Shown here: positions 36,890 to 39,024 of the stretch, one piece after another | Position numbering within the stretch: the stretch's first letter is position 1 | Layout of the letters: each line of letters starts with the position of its first letter | Source of the DNA: an uncultured bacterium | Lineage (GTDB): Bacteria > Zixibacteria > MSB-5A5 > UBA10806 | Assembly (NCBI GenBank): GCA_965555375.1 | Contig: CBEWDL010000003.1 | Span: forward strand, 1-39,024 | Direction of reading: 5' to 3' | Length of the DNA: 39,024 bases | Made by a program: the position numbers and the translations under genes | The notes under the pieces: model-generated | Databases searched by the model: none | The model's input: only the letters and a program-made list of their open reading frames with translations | Told to the model about the DNA's origin: nothing

Positions 36890-37751
36890 ACTGGAACATG
36901 TCGCCGTTTTTACGCTGATTTTTGTTTTAAATCTTATTCCATACAGGCTGGCGCTTTTGGTCGGCGATGTGGTTGGTTTTCTGGGCTTTACGATTCTCAG
37001 AATCAGGCGGAAGGTCACCCTGAATAATCTGAAAAAATCGTTTAAGGATCAATTCAGCGATCACGAATATGTGAGAATTGGCGCCAGAACATACAGGTAT
37101 ATAGCCCGGGGGATGATTGAATTCGGCCTGTTCCCGACACTTGAGAAGAAAAATCTTCAGAAATTCTTGACCATACAGGGGCTGGAAAATCTTCAGAAGA
37201 TCAGCGAGGGAGGCCGGGGGGGCGTGCTGGTAACCGGCCATTTCGGAAGCTGGGAGCTCATGGGAGCTTTTGTGGCTGCAAACGGCTGGCCTATCGATTA
37301 TCTCGTGGGAGAACAGCATAATATTCAGGTTAATAGGTTAATGAACGATCATCGCCGGATGTTCGGAATCGGACTGATCGAGATGGGAGTCGCCGCCCGG
37401 GGGGTGATCAAGGCAGTGCGCAACGGCCACATGGTCTGCATGCTCTCGGATCAGGATGCCGGTTCCGACGGCGTTGTAGTTGAATTTCTAGGTAGACCGG
37501 CATCCACACCCAAAGGGCCGGCGGCATTTGCCTTGAAGACGGGCGCGCCATTGGCCTGTAGTTTTATTATCAGGGAGGGTCTTAAGCAGAAAATTGTGAT
37601 AGAACCACCCTTCGATTTCACTCCTACAGGGAACAAAGACGAAGATATCAAACAGTTAACGCAGGCATACACAAGCCTGCTGGAGAAATACGTCAGGGAA
37701 TATCCCGATCATTACTTCTGGCCCCACCGGCGCTGGAAATCGACATCGTGA
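36870..37751 (+). CDS. Lipid A lauroyl/myristoyl acyltransferase (LpxL/HtrB family)
   Basis: TGHFGSWE, LSDQDAG, VEFLGRPASTPKGPA, YPDHYFWPHRRWK. Confidence 0.88.
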   Translation: MKKIRHRLEHVAVFTLIFVLNLIPYRLALLVGDVVGFLGFTILRIRRKVTLNNLKKSFKDQFSDHEYVRIGARTYRYIARGMIEFGLFPTLEKKNLQKFLTIQGLENLQKISEGGRGGVLVTGHFGSWELMGAFVAANGWPIDYLVGEQHNIQVNRLMNDHRRMFGIGLIEMGVAARGVIKAVRNGHMVCMLSDQDAGSDGVVVEFLGRPASTPKGPAAFALKTGAPLACSFIIREGLKQKIVIEPPFDFTPTGNKDEDIKQLTQAYTSLLEKYVREYPDHYFWPHRRWKSTS

Positions 37752-39024
37752 ATCCCAAAAACCGATCAATTTTTTCCAGACGTCCGGCGCTGGTTGCCCT
37801 CCTTTTTTATCTGGCCGGTATATTCATATCACTAAGCCTCCAGGTGCATTATCTGGTTCCCCTGGCTCTGACGGTAGCATCTTTAATTGCCGTCATTTAT
37901 ATCTATTTGAAAGATGCCGGGAAATGGATAGGGTGGTCTGCCGCTTTGCTTCTGGTCTTCCTGGGTTGGTTTAACACGAATCTATCCACCGGATCGTTTC
38001 CTCCCAACCATATCAAAAACCTTGCTGAACCGGGTGGAAAGGTAGAGTTGGCAGGTCACGTAGTCGAAGAACCGGATATCAGAGAAGATAGAACGTATAT
38101 AGTTGTAGAGGCCGACTCCGTCTTAATAGGACGATACTGGATTCCATCCATGGGGAGGGTCCGGGCGAAAGTAAACAACGGTGGCAGTCGTTACAATCAC
38201 GCCGACATCGTAATGATAACCGGCTACCTGTATGAGCCTAAAGGGCCGAGAAACCCCGGCGGTTTCGATTACGGCGCCTACCTCCGAGCCAAGGGTATAT
38301 TCGCCGCAATGTCTGTCAGCGGCCCCCATAATATAACAATAATAGAAAAGGGGCAGTCATTCCTATCGACAGTTGTAACACCATTGAGGGGTTATCTTAT
38401 ATCGAAGACCAGGGAGTATCTATCACCGGTCCCGGCGGCTATTCTATCGGGATTCATTCTGGGGGAAAGGCGGGATATCCCCGAGGAATATCAAACGCTT
38501 TTCAGGAACACCGGTACGCTTCATCTGATGGCCGTATCCGGCTCTAATGTCGCAATGGTGATAGTGATTTTCGCATTTCCTCTCGCTTTGCTTGGCCTGC
38601 CGCGAACAATAAGGGTTATATTGCTCCTGGGGGTCATCCTTTTCTTTGCGCTTCTGACACGTATGGAGCCGTCGGTGGTCAGGGCGTCCATAATAGCCTC
38701 TGTGGGGCTTGTGGCCTACGGCTGGATTCGGAAACCGGATTATATCAATGTATTGGGTTTCGCCGGTTTAATAATGTTGCTGTGGAGGCCGATGCAGATT
38801 TTTGATGTTGGCCTGCAGTTATCTTTCGCTGCAACATTCGCCATAATATATGCCTTGCCGCATATATTGAGCTGGCTGTCATTTCTAAACCGCATGAAGC
38901 TACGCTGGCTATCCTGGATCTTGGCGCTCTCGCTCAGCACCGTGGCCGCTCAATTGGCGGTTATGCCGCTTCTGGCGCGATATTTCAATAACATGCCGCT
39001 GGCCGGCATGTTATTGAAATATCG
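37748..39024 (+). CDS. comEC: ComEC/Rec2 DNA-uptake channel, N-terminal part (runs off window end)
   Basis: Not in the ORF track; translated by hand from the GTG overlapping the upstream TGA. RNPGGFDYGAYL, GFILGER, FRNTGTLHLMAVSGSNV, PSVVRASI, DVGLQLSFAA. Confidence 0.92.
   Translation, partial: MNPKNRSIFSRRPALVALLFYLAGIFISLSLQVHYLVPLALTVASLIAVIYIYLKDAGKWIGWSAALLLVFLGWFNTNLSTGSFPPNHIKNLAEPGGKVELAGHVVEEPDIREDRTYIVVEADSVLIGRYWIPSMGRVRAKVNNGGSRYNHADIVMITGYLYEPKGPRNPGGFDYGAYLRAKGIFAAMSVSGPHNITIIEKGQSFLSTVVTPLRGYLISKTREYLSPVPAAILSGFILGERRDIPEEYQTLFRNTGTLHLMAVSGSNVAMVIVIFAFPLALLGLPRTIRVILLLGVILFFALLTRMEPSVVRASIIASVGLVAYGWIRKPDYINVLGFAGLIMLLWRPMQIFDVGLQLSFAATFAIIYALPHILSWLSFLNRMKLRWLSWILALSLSTVAAQLAVMPLLARYFNNMPLAGMLLKY

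Overview
A 39-kb chromosomal window from a diderm bacterium. The PorV, TamB and Omp85 content suggests an FCB-related lineage such as Zixibacteria, which is tentative. Left end: a partial outer-membrane beta-barrel gene, a PorV-family gene, a standalone HEPN-like ORF, and divergent kbl and SDR-type threonine dehydrogenase genes surrounded by REP-like palindromes. Next come a DUF401-like membrane protein and an ECF sigma / ZAS anti-sigma / HtrA module. The centre is a ~16-kb type IVa pilus cluster: pilin, pilT, two minor pilins, two tandem PilX/ComZ-like large pilins, pilMNOPQ, a 933-aa Ig-repeat lipoprotein, pilB and pilC. The second PilX-like paralog has an in-frame TAG inside its conserved C-terminal motif, with intact homologous coding sequence continuing beyond it. 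Right end: CMD/AhpD-like gene, tamB, TamA/BamA, peptidase C26, iscS-mnmA, a metallo-hydrolase, a zinc peptidase, a lipid A acyltransferase and a partial comEC. No CRISPR, tRNA, rRNA or transposase was seen. All calls come from motif reading only; no searches were run.
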